Shown here one piece after another: positions 8,488 to 17,944 of a stretch of 64,000 bases of DNA. The notes beneath the pieces were generated by a model. That model saw only the letters and a list, made by a program, of their open reading frames with translations. It was not told the origin of the DNA and did not search any database. Location: contig CAZGMK010000003.1 in NCBI GenBank assembly GCA_964526835.1, forward strand, positions 83,436 to 147,435, given 5' to 3'. The stretch is from an uncultured Ignavibacteriales bacterium. Its GTDB lineage: Bacteria; Zixibacteria; MSB-5A5; GN15; FEB-12. The translations under genes were made by a program, and so were the position numbers. Within the stretch, counting starts at the first letter, position 1; the number at the start of each line of letters is the position of its first letter.

Positions 8488-11013
8488 GGCCACCACCCAC
8501 TCGCGATCGGTGAAGTAGAAGCGAACCGCTTCTCCCGGCCCGACGACGTGTTCGGGGATGTCGCCCGCATTGACGTAACTCAAGCCTTTGCAGCCGTCAC
8601 TCGCCACGCCTATCAGGCAGTTGTCCTCGAGTCCGCTGACCCCGAGGTCGGCGTACTGGAAAACAATGGATCCGTCGACTGTCAGAATCGCTTCAAAGTT
8701 CAAGGTGGTATCGCTCGGGTCGTTGAAGCTGCCCGGATGGTACCATTGAATGACCAGGGTGTCGTATTGCGGATCATTCCACCTGTAAATGCCGCCGTCA
8801 GGCACCGCTATCGTATCGAATATCAGATCTGTCCAGAAAGGAGCGATGATGGTGTTGAACGGCGCCCCAGGTATGTCGATGCCGCTGAAGTAGCCGTTGA
8901 CGTTCAGACTCGTGTCGGTGAACGACAGCCCACCGTTGACACCGATGTAGACGCGGTTGAAGGTGGTGTCGTAGAATGGAAACTTGAACCCGATATTGAA
9001 AGGGCCGACGCTTCCGTCGTCGAGCTTGTTGGTGGCGCCGCCGTGATAGAAATTGTCGAAACTGATCCTGGTTCCGAGGGTCCGGGCGTCGATCCAGCTA
9101 TACTCCGGCCCCCCTGAGTCTCCCGTCTTCCCGGCGGAGTAGGTTGAGTCGCTGCAGGGCACGGTCAGATACACGGGGAGCCACAACGTGGCATCGAGGC
9201 TGCCGCCCGAGGCCCCCCAGTTGACTTCGACAATACCTCGATATCGCTCGACTTGCTCCACCAGGACAGTGGCGTCGATCGTGACCGATAAGAGCATCGA
9301 ATCTGCCGCGCCGATTGTGCCGCTCGCCGGTGCGACGCTAAGCCAGTCGACAACCTTGACCAGGCTGTCGCTGTCGGTGGCCGTGAAATCAATCGCCTGC
9401 GAGCCGGAGCGGTTCCTGAGCCAAATGCCGATGTCGAGGATAGTGCTCTGATCGACCATCGTATCAATGAGGACAGGTTCGGCATAGAGCGATGGTGGCG
9501 ACTCAAGCTGGGCGATCGCCGCTTGCAGATCGGGGCGGGGCCCGATGTGTTCGGATGAATCACCCTGCTGGGGGCTGCCGGTGGCTACCAGGGCATCGCG
9601 TATCATATCGGAAGTCATGGATATGCCGTAAGTCTCCTGGTGGTATCCTTGCAGGCAGGCGGCGGCGCCGGTGACAATCGGGGAGGCGGAGGAAGTTCCG
9701 CTGAAGAACGCCGTATAGTACTGATTGCGATCGCCGTCGCCGTCAAACAAGTTGCCGTAGCCACAGGTATAGACTCCCGATCCATAGCCCTGCATGTTAA
9801 CTCGTTCGCCATAATTCGAGAAGCTCTGGCGCTGCCGGTCCTGTCCTGAGGCGGGTGGGTATCCTGCACCGACGATAATCGCGTGTGAGTTCCTATAGGT
9901 CGTGTCGAAGAGCGACTCATAGAGTGGATCGTCGAAGTCCTCGGCGCCGTTTCCAGCCGCCTGTACAACTACAATCCCATTCGCCCAGGCATAGAGAATG
10001 GCGTCATAGTTGGCCTGCCAGTACTCCATACAGACATAGCCGAGCTGGTCCGGGCGGGACTGAAAGTTGTATCGCGGGCCGGGAGCGTGCAGTTCTATCA
10101 GAATCAGGTCGCCGGATTCGAGGTTATCGATGGCGCTGTACAGGGCCTGGGCGGTCGACTGGTAGGCCACCGACACCATCCCGATGTCCGCACCAGGACA
10201 TATACCCGTCACTCCGTAGCCATTGTCCCCCGCGATCATCTGGCCGATCACCGCTGTTCCGTGATCCGACGTTGACCCGCCACCTGGATATGGGCCGATG
10301 ACGTTCCCGACAGCCTTTCCCAGGTCCTCGTGGGTAGTCTGCCAGTTTATTTCGATATCGACTATCTTGACGCCGGTCCCATCGCCGCCGGCCAGGGTAT
10401 TGGCGTAATCGGCGTCAATCCCCTCGGGCGCCGCCTCGCGGTAATCCTGATACTCCTGATAGTCGGGCGTCGGAGGGTATATGTCCCCGGCCTCCTCCGG
10501 GAGCGGCTGCACATAGGCGATCTCGACCACGTCCAGAGCATTGAGCTGGTTTACCAGCGCCTGTGCCTTATTGGGTTCGCTGATCTCAATTTCGTAGTAT
10601 GTGTTGAGGTCGGCCAGTTCCTGCCCCGAGGCAGCCTGCAGCCTCCTGCGGTCCGCATTCAGACGGTCCTCACTCCAGCCTGCGAACAAACGTTCGACGC
10701 GCCCGGCAGTGTAGGGTTCAAGCACTTGCCTGACGTCCTCCAGCGAAGTCGACGGAGATACAAGCCTGCCACTGCGAAGTCGGGTCTGGGTCTCATCACG
10801 GAATTTGACAACCACATGTGAGATTCGAGTCCCGGCGTCGATCACGGCCCGGGCTGGTTTCTCGGGTAGTGTTCGCTGTCGGAGATAGTGATGGCTTCGG
10901 TCGGACCGTTCCAAGCCGAGTCCAGACACAGCCCATGCGGCTACCGCAGTTAGCAGCACCAGCATGCCTGTCAGGGCAACAGCCCGAAAATCATGATTCC
11001 GATCGGCCTTCAT
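8278..11013 (-). CDS. Secreted subtilisin-like (S8) serine peptidase with C-terminal twin dockerin-like repeats
   Basis: N-terminal signal/TM segment. Catalytic motifs are DHGTAVIG (His), VQAAGNG (Asn) and SGTSSASPIVTGAAACL (Ser). A beta-rich middle region follows, and the tail carries two D-x-D-G/DIADLVYLV-x-[FY]MFQGGP repeats. Confidence 0.85.
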   Translation of the reverse strand: MKADRNHDFRAVALTGMLVLLTAVAAWAVSGLGLERSDRSHHYLRQRTLPEKPARAVIDAGTRISHVVVKFRDETQTRLRSGRLVSPSTSLEDVRQVLEPYTAGRVERLFAGWSEDRLNADRRRLQAASGQELADLNTYYEIEISEPNKAQALVNQLNALDVVEIAYVQPLPEEAGDIYPPTPDYQEYQDYREAAPEGIDADYANTLAGGDGTGVKIVDIEINWQTTHEDLGKAVGNVIGPYPGGGSTSDHGTAVIGQMIAGDNGYGVTGICPGADIGMVSVAYQSTAQALYSAIDNLESGDLILIELHAPGPRYNFQSRPDQLGYVCMEYWQANYDAILYAWANGIVVVQAAGNGAEDFDDPLYESLFDTTYRNSHAIIVGAGYPPASGQDRQRQSFSNYGERVNMQGYGSGVYTCGYGNLFDGDGDRNQYYTAFFSGTSSASPIVTGAAACLQGYHQETYGISMTSDMIRDALVATGSPQQGDSSEHIGPRPDLQAAIAQLESPPSLYAEPVLIDTMVDQSTILDIGIWLRNRSGSQAIDFTATDSDSLVKVVDWLSVAPASGTIGAADSMLLSVTIDATVLVEQVERYRGIVEVNWGASGGSLDATLWLPVYLTVPCSDSTYSAGKTGDSGGPEYSWIDARTLGTRISFDNFYHGGATNKLDDGSVGPFNIGFKFPFYDTTFNRVYIGVNGGLSFTDTSLNVNGYFSGIDIPGAPFNTIIAPFWTDLIFDTIAVPDGGIYRWNDPQYDTLVIQWYHPGSFNDPSDTTLNFEAILTVDGSIVFQYADLGVSGLEDNCLIGVASDGCKGLSYVNAGDIPEHVVGPGEAVRFYFTDREWVVAGDVDGSGGGVDIADLVYLVTFMFQGGPPPVPYESANVNCIGDIDIADLVYLVSYMFQGGPQPCYYFRML

Positions 11014-11120
11014 CTGTCCTCCGGGTTAATAAACCCGTCTGAAGAAGTGGCTCCAAATGAACAGGTAATCATCTGAAACCGTTGGCGGTGAGTATCTCAG
11101 AGCAATCGGTACCCTACCGT

Positions 11121-11158
11121 AAGATATACGAAGCCGCCGAATTGTCAATCAGGACAAT
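11121..11158 (-). promoter_or_regulatory. Candidate sigma-70-type promoter with overlapping inverted repeat, upstream of the S8 protease
   Basis: On the minus strand: TTGACA (11148-11143), a 16-nt spacer, then TATCTT (11126-11121). A perfect inverted repeat ATTGTC-N6-GACAAT (11141-11158) overlaps the -35 element. Confidence 0.3.
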
Positions 11159-11206
11159 CCTATGAGTTCTATCGGCAAGGCCGGGAACAGGAATAGCCTC
11201 CGGGCA

Positions 11207-12625
11207 TCAGGCCCGCAGGCGCCGGATTCGGTCCAGGTAGTTCTTCCCGTTGATCTTAGGCGGTCTGATAGGGTAGTCGCCGGAAAAGCAGGCCGAGCAG
11301 AAAGTAGTGTCGGGAAGTGAGGACATCGAGAGCATTCCCTCCAGCGACAAGTACTTGAGCGAATCGACCTCGAGGTGCTTTTCGATTTGAGCCACACTCT
11401 GCCGCGAGGCGATCAGCTCGCGTCTGGTCGGCATGTCTATGCCATAAAAGCACGGAGAAATGATCGGGGGAGAGGAGACACGGAAGTGGATCTCTCTGGC
11501 CCCGGCCGCCCGAATCATCGAGATCAGTTTCTTCGATGTCGTGCCCCGCACAATCGAATCATCCACCACGACGACCCTGCGGCCCGCCAAAACGCCCTTG
11601 ACCGGATTGAACTTGACCTTGACATCGAGATCACGGATTGACTGGTGGGGATCGATGAAGGAGCGCCCGACATAGTGATTGCGTATCAGGCCGATCTCGA
11701 AACGCATGCCCGACTCCTCAGAGAAACCCAGCGCAGCGGTATTGGCCGAGTCCGGGATGCTAATAACGATGTCCGCATCGACCGGGTGCTCACGCGCCAA
11801 CTGGCGACCCAGGCGACGCCTGATCTTGTCCACGTTCTCACCGAACACCTTGGAGTCCGGGCGCGAAAAATAGACATATTCGAAAATGCAGAACGCATGC
11901 TTGGTCTTCTTCATCGGGAAGTAGGACTTGAGGCCGTCAGCGCTGATTTCCAGAACCTCTCCGGGTTCGACATCTCGCACATATTTCGCCCCGATTATGT
12001 CGAAAGCGCATGTCTCGCTGGCGACCACCCAGGCGCGGCGAAACTTCCCGAGGCAGAGAGGACGAAAGCCGTGAGAATCACGGGCGGCGATGATGGAGTC
12101 ATCGGTCAGAAACACTAGCGAAAATGCCCCCCTGATCTGGTTGAGTGCGTCACAAATGCGCGCTATCCGGCTTCTCTTGCGAGAGCGGGTGGCGACATGC
12201 AGGATTGTTTCGGTATCGGATGTTGTCTGGAAGATTGACCCCTCGGCGTCCAGCTTGCGACGCAATTCAACGGAGTTGGTCAGGTTGCCGTTGTGGGCGA
12301 TCGCCAGGGATTTGTCCCGGTTGGTTATCAGGAAGGGCTGGATGTTGATCAGCGATGACGCTCCGGCTGTACTGTACCGGGTATGACCGATGGCTATATT
12401 GCCGGGCAGACGCCGCAGCGTTCCGCTATCGGCGAATACTTCGGAGACCTCACCCATGGCCTTGTGCATGTGGATGCCGCCGTCCCTGTCACGGGTAACG
12501 ATTCCGGCCGATTCCTGGCCCCGGTGCTGAAGTGAGTATAGGCCGAAATAAGTCAGGTCAGCGGCGCGAGAGGAGCCGTAGACACCGAAGACGCCACAGT
12601 TGTCGTGTATCATTTTGTCCACCAT
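11207..12625 (-). CDS. purF: Amidophosphoribosyltransferase
   Basis: Propeptide followed by CGVFGVYG (N-terminal nucleophile Cys). PRPP loop VVVVDDSIVRGTT. C-terminal Cys ligands CFYGIDMP / CSACFSGDYP. Confidence 0.95.
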   Translation of the reverse strand: MVDKMIHDNCGVFGVYGSSRAADLTYFGLYSLQHRGQESAGIVTRDRDGGIHMHKAMGEVSEVFADSGTLRRLPGNIAIGHTRYSTAGASSLINIQPFLITNRDKSLAIAHNGNLTNSVELRRKLDAEGSIFQTTSDTETILHVATRSRKRSRIARICDALNQIRGAFSLVFLTDDSIIAARDSHGFRPLCLGKFRRAWVVASETCAFDIIGAKYVRDVEPGEVLEISADGLKSYFPMKKTKHAFCIFEYVYFSRPDSKVFGENVDKIRRRLGRQLAREHPVDADIVISIPDSANTAALGFSEESGMRFEIGLIRNHYVGRSFIDPHQSIRDLDVKVKFNPVKGVLAGRRVVVVDDSIVRGTTSKKLISMIRAAGAREIHFRVSSPPIISPCFYGIDMPTRRELIASRQSVAQIEKHLEVDSLKYLSLEGMLSMSSLPDTTFCSACFSGDYPIRPPKINGKNYLDRIRRLRA

Positions 12626-12921
12626 GCCTTATCGCCTCGATCCATCGAGGAAACACACAATGTAAGCCCTTGGCCGCGGGCTGTCAAACCAGAAACGGCC
12701 CCGAAACGGCCGATGATGCAGCAAGTCTGCCGTGAGTGTGAAACCTCTTTCACCTGTTTGCCGCAAGCCTGTCCAGATCAATTCCTGAACAGCTTTTCGG
12801 GCTGGTTCTATCGCTTGATTTGCCCTATCTTATGCACGTGGGCAACGGCTCGTCGATGTCTGTTCCAGGCTCCTTGGCAGGCATTCCGTTTGCTCGACAG
12901 TCTTGCAGAGTACCTATCGCT

Positions 12922-13695
12922 ATGAACCAGCAGAGCCCGGACAGATTCGAGATTCTTCATCAGGTAGCCGTTGAAGGCGCCGGCGCCGACGACATACGTT
13001 CGGTGGCAAGCCTTGCCTTGCAGCAGACGGCCGCCCTGGTGGGGCTGCAGGCGGCGGCGCTGCATATCTGGGACCGTGATCACCGCCCGGTCCTGACTAT
13101 CAGCCACGCGGAGACGGATTCGGCCAGATCGTCACTGCAGCAGCTGGAGTCGGAGCTATTCATGCAATTGCGCCGGGACCGGGCTCTGGTCTCAGCGTAC
13201 ATGTCGTTCGGCGGGGACGCGCCCTACCAGTCGTTCACCCTTCCGCTCAGGAAAGGGGGCCGCATATTCGGCGCCATCGTCGGTCTTCAGGAAGGGCGCG
13301 GTCGGCTGGTTCATCAGGACATGTTTCTCGAAGCCCTCAGCGCCACGCTTGCCCTGGTCCATGCCGCAACCGAGGCGGACAAGGAGACTGCTCAAGATGC
13401 AGAGGCGCTGCAGAAGGAGAAGTTGTCGGGCATTGTCGAGACAGCGGTCACCGTAAATCACGAGATCAACAGTCCCCTAACCGCTATACTCGGAAATGTG
13501 CAACTCATGCTTCGGGACGCCGACCGCCTCGACGAGCGGATCGTGGCGAAATTGAAGACCATCGAGGAATCGGCCGAGCGAATTCAGAGAGTGACCAAGA
13601 AGCTGTTGAATGTGAAGATCCCGCGTTCGATCGATTACTCCGACGGCATCCGCATGCTCGACCTGTCGGAGGGCGACGAACAGGAACGACGCTAG
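12922..13695 (+). CDS. GAF-like sensor plus HisKA (DHp) domain protein lacking an ATPase domain
   Basis: H-box VNHEINSPLTAILGNVQLML. The protein ends about 70 aa later with no N/G1/G2 boxes. I preferred ATG 12922 over the upstream in-frame ATG at 12820. Confidence 0.6.
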   Translation: MNQQSPDRFEILHQVAVEGAGADDIRSVASLALQQTAALVGLQAAALHIWDRDHRPVLTISHAETDSARSSLQQLESELFMQLRRDRALVSAYMSFGGDAPYQSFTLPLRKGGRIFGAIVGLQEGRGRLVHQDMFLEALSATLALVHAATEADKETAQDAEALQKEKLSGIVETAVTVNHEINSPLTAILGNVQLMLRDADRLDERIVAKLKTIEESAERIQRVTKKLLNVKIPRSIDYSDGIRMLDLSEGDEQERR

Positions 13696-13753
13696 TTCCG
13701 GGCGGCCCTTGAGGCCTCTCAATAGTCAGCCGCACGCGCCTGATGCAGGCGAG

Positions 13754-14476
13754 CTATATGAAATCTGTTATGAACCTCTCGACCTCCGTCTGTAATTGGG
13801 ACAGCGTTGTCCTGAAGGCGCCCATGTCGCCGTCCGTCAGCGCCTCTGACAACTCGTGGCTCAGGTCTTTAAGCAATTCCTGCCGTCTTACAACCTCATC
13901 GCGGGCCGAGCTTAGCTCGGATGGTACTGTCTCGGCGTCCATTGCATCAGCCTTGCGTACAAGGGTCTCGGTGGATCCCACCAGGCCCTCGATGTTATCG
14001 GCCGGCAGGTGAGTCTCGGTAATGAGATTCAGGGTCACCACAAATCCTTCGAACTCCGGATAATATACCGGCAGGAGAGTAGCGGCGGTTTCCTCGAAGG
14101 CATCGTGGAGCCGGGGCATTATCTCGATCACCGCTGACGAATCCTTGCCGCGACAAGCTGCATGATAGTCACGCACCAGTTGTGCGAACTCCTGTCGGTG
14201 TTCCAGAAAGGCCTGGCGACGAGTGTCGGTTTTGAACGGCGGCTTCAGGAATGCGATCTTCTTGAATAGGTTTGAGAACTCGTCTCCGGCGGCGAAAAGA
14301 GCTGCATAATCCCTGGCTGCCCAGGCCTGGTGCCAGGCCGGGGCCATCACGGCGTGAAACTCCTCGAAAGGTTCGAATCCCTGCCTGCCGACCCGATCGG
14401 CTGGACATGTTTCCTCTTGATCGGCAGCAATTGTCGCCATCGCGATCATGGAAAGACAAAGTACATACTTCAGCAT
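13754..14476 (-). CDS. Hypothetical exported helical protein
   Basis: Signal-peptide-like MLKYVLCLSMIAMATIAA from the internal ATG at 14476. I recognised no family. Confidence 0.45.
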   Translation of the reverse strand: MLKYVLCLSMIAMATIAADQEETCPADRVGRQGFEPFEEFHAVMAPAWHQAWAARDYAALFAAGDEFSNLFKKIAFLKPPFKTDTRRQAFLEHRQEFAQLVRDYHAACRGKDSSAVIEIMPRLHDAFEETAATLLPVYYPEFEGFVVTLNLITETHLPADNIEGLVGSTETLVRKADAMDAETVPSELSSARDEVVRRQELLKDLSHELSEALTDGDMGAFRTTLSQLQTEVERFITDFI

Positions 14477-14537
14477 CCTTCCTCCGAGAGAATCAGTTCC
14501 TTTCAATATAGTACACCCGGCTGTTGCCGGCGATCAT

Positions 14538-15695
14538 TCAAATCACGTTAGTTTCCTCGACCGTGTCGCCTGCGGCGAATCGCTCCGGCGCGAGCGGACT
14601 AATGTCGACCGCTGTGTCCTTGCCCGTGATTTTCTGCGCCGTCACGAGTCCGGCTGAGGGTGCATGCATGAAACCATGACCGGAGAAGCCGGCGCAGAGG
14701 AACATTCCCTCGATGGATGGCTCCCATCCGATTATCCCGTGATGATCCGGCGTGACCTCGTACAACCCGGCCCATTGATTGGCGACTTCGGCTTCCTCAA
14801 GCCGGGGTATCAGCTCCAGGGCGCGCTCGAGAATGCCGTCGGTGTAGTCGGGGTCAATTGAGACATCAAACGACGGCTTTACGTCGGGGCTGGCCCAGCC
14901 GAGAAGCAGCCCGCCCGATTCCTTGTGCGAGTACAGTCCGGTCTTGTTAGAAACAACCATCGGAAAGTGTGGCTTGACAAAGTCCAGCGGGCCGGTAGTG
15001 ACAATCTGGCGGCGTATTGGCTCAATTTTCACATCGGCGCCAACCATTCGCCCGATGAGCTTGGCAAATGGACCGGCGCAATTAACCACCAAAGGCGTGC
15101 TGATGTCCCCCCTGCTCGTCTTGATACCGGTAATGCTGCCGCTTTCGACGCTGATCCCCGTGACTTCGGTCGCCGCGTTAATCTCAACTCCCAGCTTTCG
15201 TGCTCCCTTCTCGTACCCGGAGAGGAACTCGTGAGGATCACCCAAGCCGTCAGCTTTGCAGAAGGTCGCCATCCTGACGCCTTCGAGCGAGACATGAGGT
15301 GCATACTGGCCAATGTCTTCGGGCTGGAGTAACTCGACACTCAGGCCGAGCGAGCGCTGCAGTTCACAGGCCTTCTTGAAGACCTCAACGCTCGGCTCGT
15401 CATAGAGAAGGAACATGTAGCCGACCTGGTCAAACAGGGCCGGATACCCGGTCTCTTCTTCGAATCGTTCAAAAATGCGCTCGGCCAGCATCGACATCTC
15501 GATATTCACCCGGGTTGTGAACTGTGCTCTGATTCCGCCTGCGGCCTTGGAAGTAGCATGTGCGCCGAGGACATCTTCCTTCTCCAGAAGGACTACTTGC
15601 CCAAACTTCTCCCGAGCCAGATAGAAAGCCGCGGATGCACCAACTATGCCTCCACCAATAACTACTGCATCAGCTGTCGAACGCATGGAAAACAC
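14538..15695 (-). CDS. FAD-dependent oxidoreductase (DAO / sarcosine-oxidase-beta-like family)
   Basis: Rossmann dinucleotide motif DAVVIGGGIVGASAAFYLAR. 385 aa, with a C-terminal GFSGHGFMHAPS-type motif. Confidence 0.85.
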   Translation of the reverse strand: MFSMRSTADAVVIGGGIVGASAAFYLAREKFGQVVLLEKEDVLGAHATSKAAGGIRAQFTTRVNIEMSMLAERIFERFEEETGYPALFDQVGYMFLLYDEPSVEVFKKACELQRSLGLSVELLQPEDIGQYAPHVSLEGVRMATFCKADGLGDPHEFLSGYEKGARKLGVEINAATEVTGISVESGSITGIKTSRGDISTPLVVNCAGPFAKLIGRMVGADVKIEPIRRQIVTTGPLDFVKPHFPMVVSNKTGLYSHKESGGLLLGWASPDVKPSFDVSIDPDYTDGILERALELIPRLEEAEVANQWAGLYEVTPDHHGIIGWEPSIEGMFLCAGFSGHGFMHAPSAGLVTAQKITGKDTAVDISPLAPERFAAGDTVEETNVI

Positions 15696-15913
15696 CTCTC
15701 AGACGGGAGTTCACGGGTCAAGTTCACAACGCCACCAAGAAAAGGCGGCTGTGTCCGAAAGTCAAGAACAGGCCCGCGCAGCATCAATCGGGCGCCCAAA
15801 ATCCTTGTCCCGGTATGCTATCGGCCATACATTGCCCCGCGTATGTTGATGTGGATTCGAGGTGAAGGCCTGCGGTCCGGGTACTCTGGCCTCTTTCATG
15901 GAGGAGCCGCAGT

Positions 15914-17944
15914 ATGAACCGGGCGACAGCAACTCTGGGTCGGTGGCATGAGGAGTTCCGGCGCACCAACTACCGGTACATGGTCGTGGTTGCGCTCATC
16001 ATCGGACTGGCCGGTGGGCTTTGCGCGGTTGGTTTCAGGAAACTGATCGAGGTTCTGCAGCTACTCGCCTGGTCGCAGAACCACGATCTGGTGGAACACA
16101 TACGGGCGCTGCCCTGGTACTGGAAAGTCGGCGCTCCCGGGCTTGGCGGACTGATAGTGGGTCTCATAACCTATTATACCGCGCGCGAGGCCAAGGGACA
16201 CGGGGTTCCCGAGGTCATGGAGGCGGTGGCGTTGCGCAGCAGCCGCATCAGGCCTCGAGTTGTGATCGCCAAGATGTTCGCTTCCGCAATTACCATCGCG
16301 TCCGGGGGGTCGGTGGGGCGGGAGGGACCTATCGTTCAGATCGGCTCGGCGCTCGGATCGACAATCGGTCAATGGCTGCGCGTTAACGAACGTCGCCTGA
16401 GGACCATGGTCGGTTGCGGTGCGGCAGCCGGCATCGCGGCTACATTCAATGCTCCGGTGGCCGGCGCCCTCTTTTCGCTGGAGATCATTCTAGGTGAATT
16501 CACGGTCTCGCGTTTTTCCCCGATTGTCATCTCGTCGGTAACGGCCACGGTCGTTTCGCGGCACTTTCTTGGCGACGTGCCCGCGTTCGAGGTCCCGGGC
16601 TACAGCCTGGCGAGTCCGCTGGAACTGATCGCCTATGCCGGACTCGGACTGGTGGCCGGATTGGTGGCTCTGCTGTTTGTCAACACGCTTTACCGCGTCG
16701 AGGACATTTTTGACAGCATCAACCTGTATCCACCCCTGAAGACCCTCGGCGGCGGTGTCATTATTGGTGTCATGGCGCTGGCCCTTCCGGAGATTCTCGG
16801 TGTCGGCTATGAGTCTATCAACCGGGCCCTCTCGGGCAACATGGTCCTGTGGTTCCTGGCCCTCCTCATCGTCGCGAAGATACTCGCTGTTTCAATCACG
16901 ATTGGCTCAGGCGGTTCGGGTGGCATCTTCGCCCCGTCACTGTTCATTGGAGCCATGACCGGCGGTGTCATGGGAGTTGCGGTCAATCATCTCTGGCCGG
17001 GAAGCGTTGCTGCTGTCGGGGCGTACTCGCTCGTTGGTATGGCGGCCGTCGTAGCGGCGGCGACCCATGCGCCGATTACAGCCATTCTGATTGTGTTTGA
17101 ACTCACCAACGACTATAAAATCATTTTGCCACTGATGATCAGCTGCATCATAGCCACTATCCTGGCTATGCGTCTGCAGGACCACTCGATATACACTCTG
17201 AAGCTGATTCGGCGGGGAGTGGACTTGCGGAAGGGACGTTCGGTGGACATGCTCCAGAACCTGCCGGTCAGCCGGATTATGCGCCGAGAGTTCGCTGCGG
17301 TGAACCTCGACGCTCCCTTGATGTCGATCATTTCGCGATTCGTAGAGCAGTCGGTCAATACCGTGTTTGTGCTGGACCGGAGCGGTCGGCTGGCCGGTGT
17401 TGTGACGCTGGATGAGATACGGTACCTGATGTCGGATGCGCAGGCCCTCGAAAGCCTGGCCATCGCAAAGGACATCATGACCGAACGTGGTTTCCCAGTA
17501 TTCAAGCCTGACGACAGCCTGGCAGAAGTCATGAAGCGCCTGGCCGGTCACGTACATGAGGCCCCGGTGATCGATGACGGCAGGATTGTCGGGTGCATTT
17601 GGCCCGATGACGTGATCAGACAATACAACGCCGAGGTCTTCAAGCGCGATATGGCCTCCGGCATGACGACCATGCTTGATGATGCGGCGACGGCCTACGT
17701 CCCGGGCTCAGCCGATCTGAGACTCGTCCAGGCGCCGGTGCCGCCTCACTTTGTCGGACGATCCATATCCGAGCTGGACATCCGGAAGCGGTTCGGTATT
17801 AGTGTTCTGATGATCAAGCGAAGAGAGGAAGGGCGTGAAGAATCAGTCGACGCTGCACCTGCGCCTGATACGGTCCTGCGCGACGGGGATGTCTTGCTGC
17901 TGATGGGTCCTGAGGCGCAGGTCAGACGTTTCGAAGGCGAGTAG
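15914..17944 (+). CDS. ClC-family chloride channel/antiporter with CBS pair and C-terminal RCK_C (TrkA-C) domain
   Basis: ClC selectivity motifs GSVGREGPIVQIG and GSGGIFAPSLFIG. CBS-like region spans about aa 460-590. The tail ..ISVLMIKRREEG..VLRDGDVLLLMGPEAQV is TrkA-C-like. Confidence 0.9.
   Translation: MNRATATLGRWHEEFRRTNYRYMVVVALIIGLAGGLCAVGFRKLIEVLQLLAWSQNHDLVEHIRALPWYWKVGAPGLGGLIVGLITYYTAREAKGHGVPEVMEAVALRSSRIRPRVVIAKMFASAITIASGGSVGREGPIVQIGSALGSTIGQWLRVNERRLRTMVGCGAAAGIAATFNAPVAGALFSLEIILGEFTVSRFSPIVISSVTATVVSRHFLGDVPAFEVPGYSLASPLELIAYAGLGLVAGLVALLFVNTLYRVEDIFDSINLYPPLKTLGGGVIIGVMALALPEILGVGYESINRALSGNMVLWFLALLIVAKILAVSITIGSGGSGGIFAPSLFIGAMTGGVMGVAVNHLWPGSVAAVGAYSLVGMAAVVAAATHAPITAILIVFELTNDYKIILPLMISCIIATILAMRLQDHSIYTLKLIRRGVDLRKGRSVDMLQNLPVSRIMRREFAAVNLDAPLMSIISRFVEQSVNTVFVLDRSGRLAGVVTLDEIRYLMSDAQALESLAIAKDIMTERGFPVFKPDDSLAEVMKRLAGHVHEAPVIDDGRIVGCIWPDDVIRQYNAEVFKRDMASGMTTMLDDAATAYVPGSADLRLVQAPVPPHFVGRSISELDIRKRFGISVLMIKRREEGREESVDAAPAPDTVLRDGDVLLLMGPEAQVRRFEGE

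Noticed and set aside
12626-12921. Possible purine/ZTP-type riboswitch or attenuator in the purF leader. This includes a CGGCC-N7-GGCCG stem followed by UUUCUGGUUUG (plus-strand coordinates about 12690-12718) and a small hairpin covering the GAGG near the start.
   Set aside because: No ZTP (..CCGCCUGGGC..) or purine-riboswitch junction consensus is visible. The stems are only 5 bp. This is insufficient evidence without covariance analysis.
13737-13751. Short hairpins after several stops: CGCCTG-atg-CAGGCG at 13737-13751, CCGGC-tgtt-GCCGG at 14517-14530, CCGATA-N7-TATCGG near 44861-44879.
   Set aside because: Stems are 5-6 bp, with minimal loops and no U-tracts. They are not distinguishable from chance in GC-rich sequence.
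15696-15913. Possible fluoride riboswitch (crcB motif) upstream of the ClC gene.
   Set aside because: I could not find the conserved core as I recall it (GAUGG..UUC..CC with the 3' CUGAUGA..CCUAC pseudoknot partner). This ClC also carries CBS and RCK_C domains, unlike the short fluoride-specific ClC-F type.
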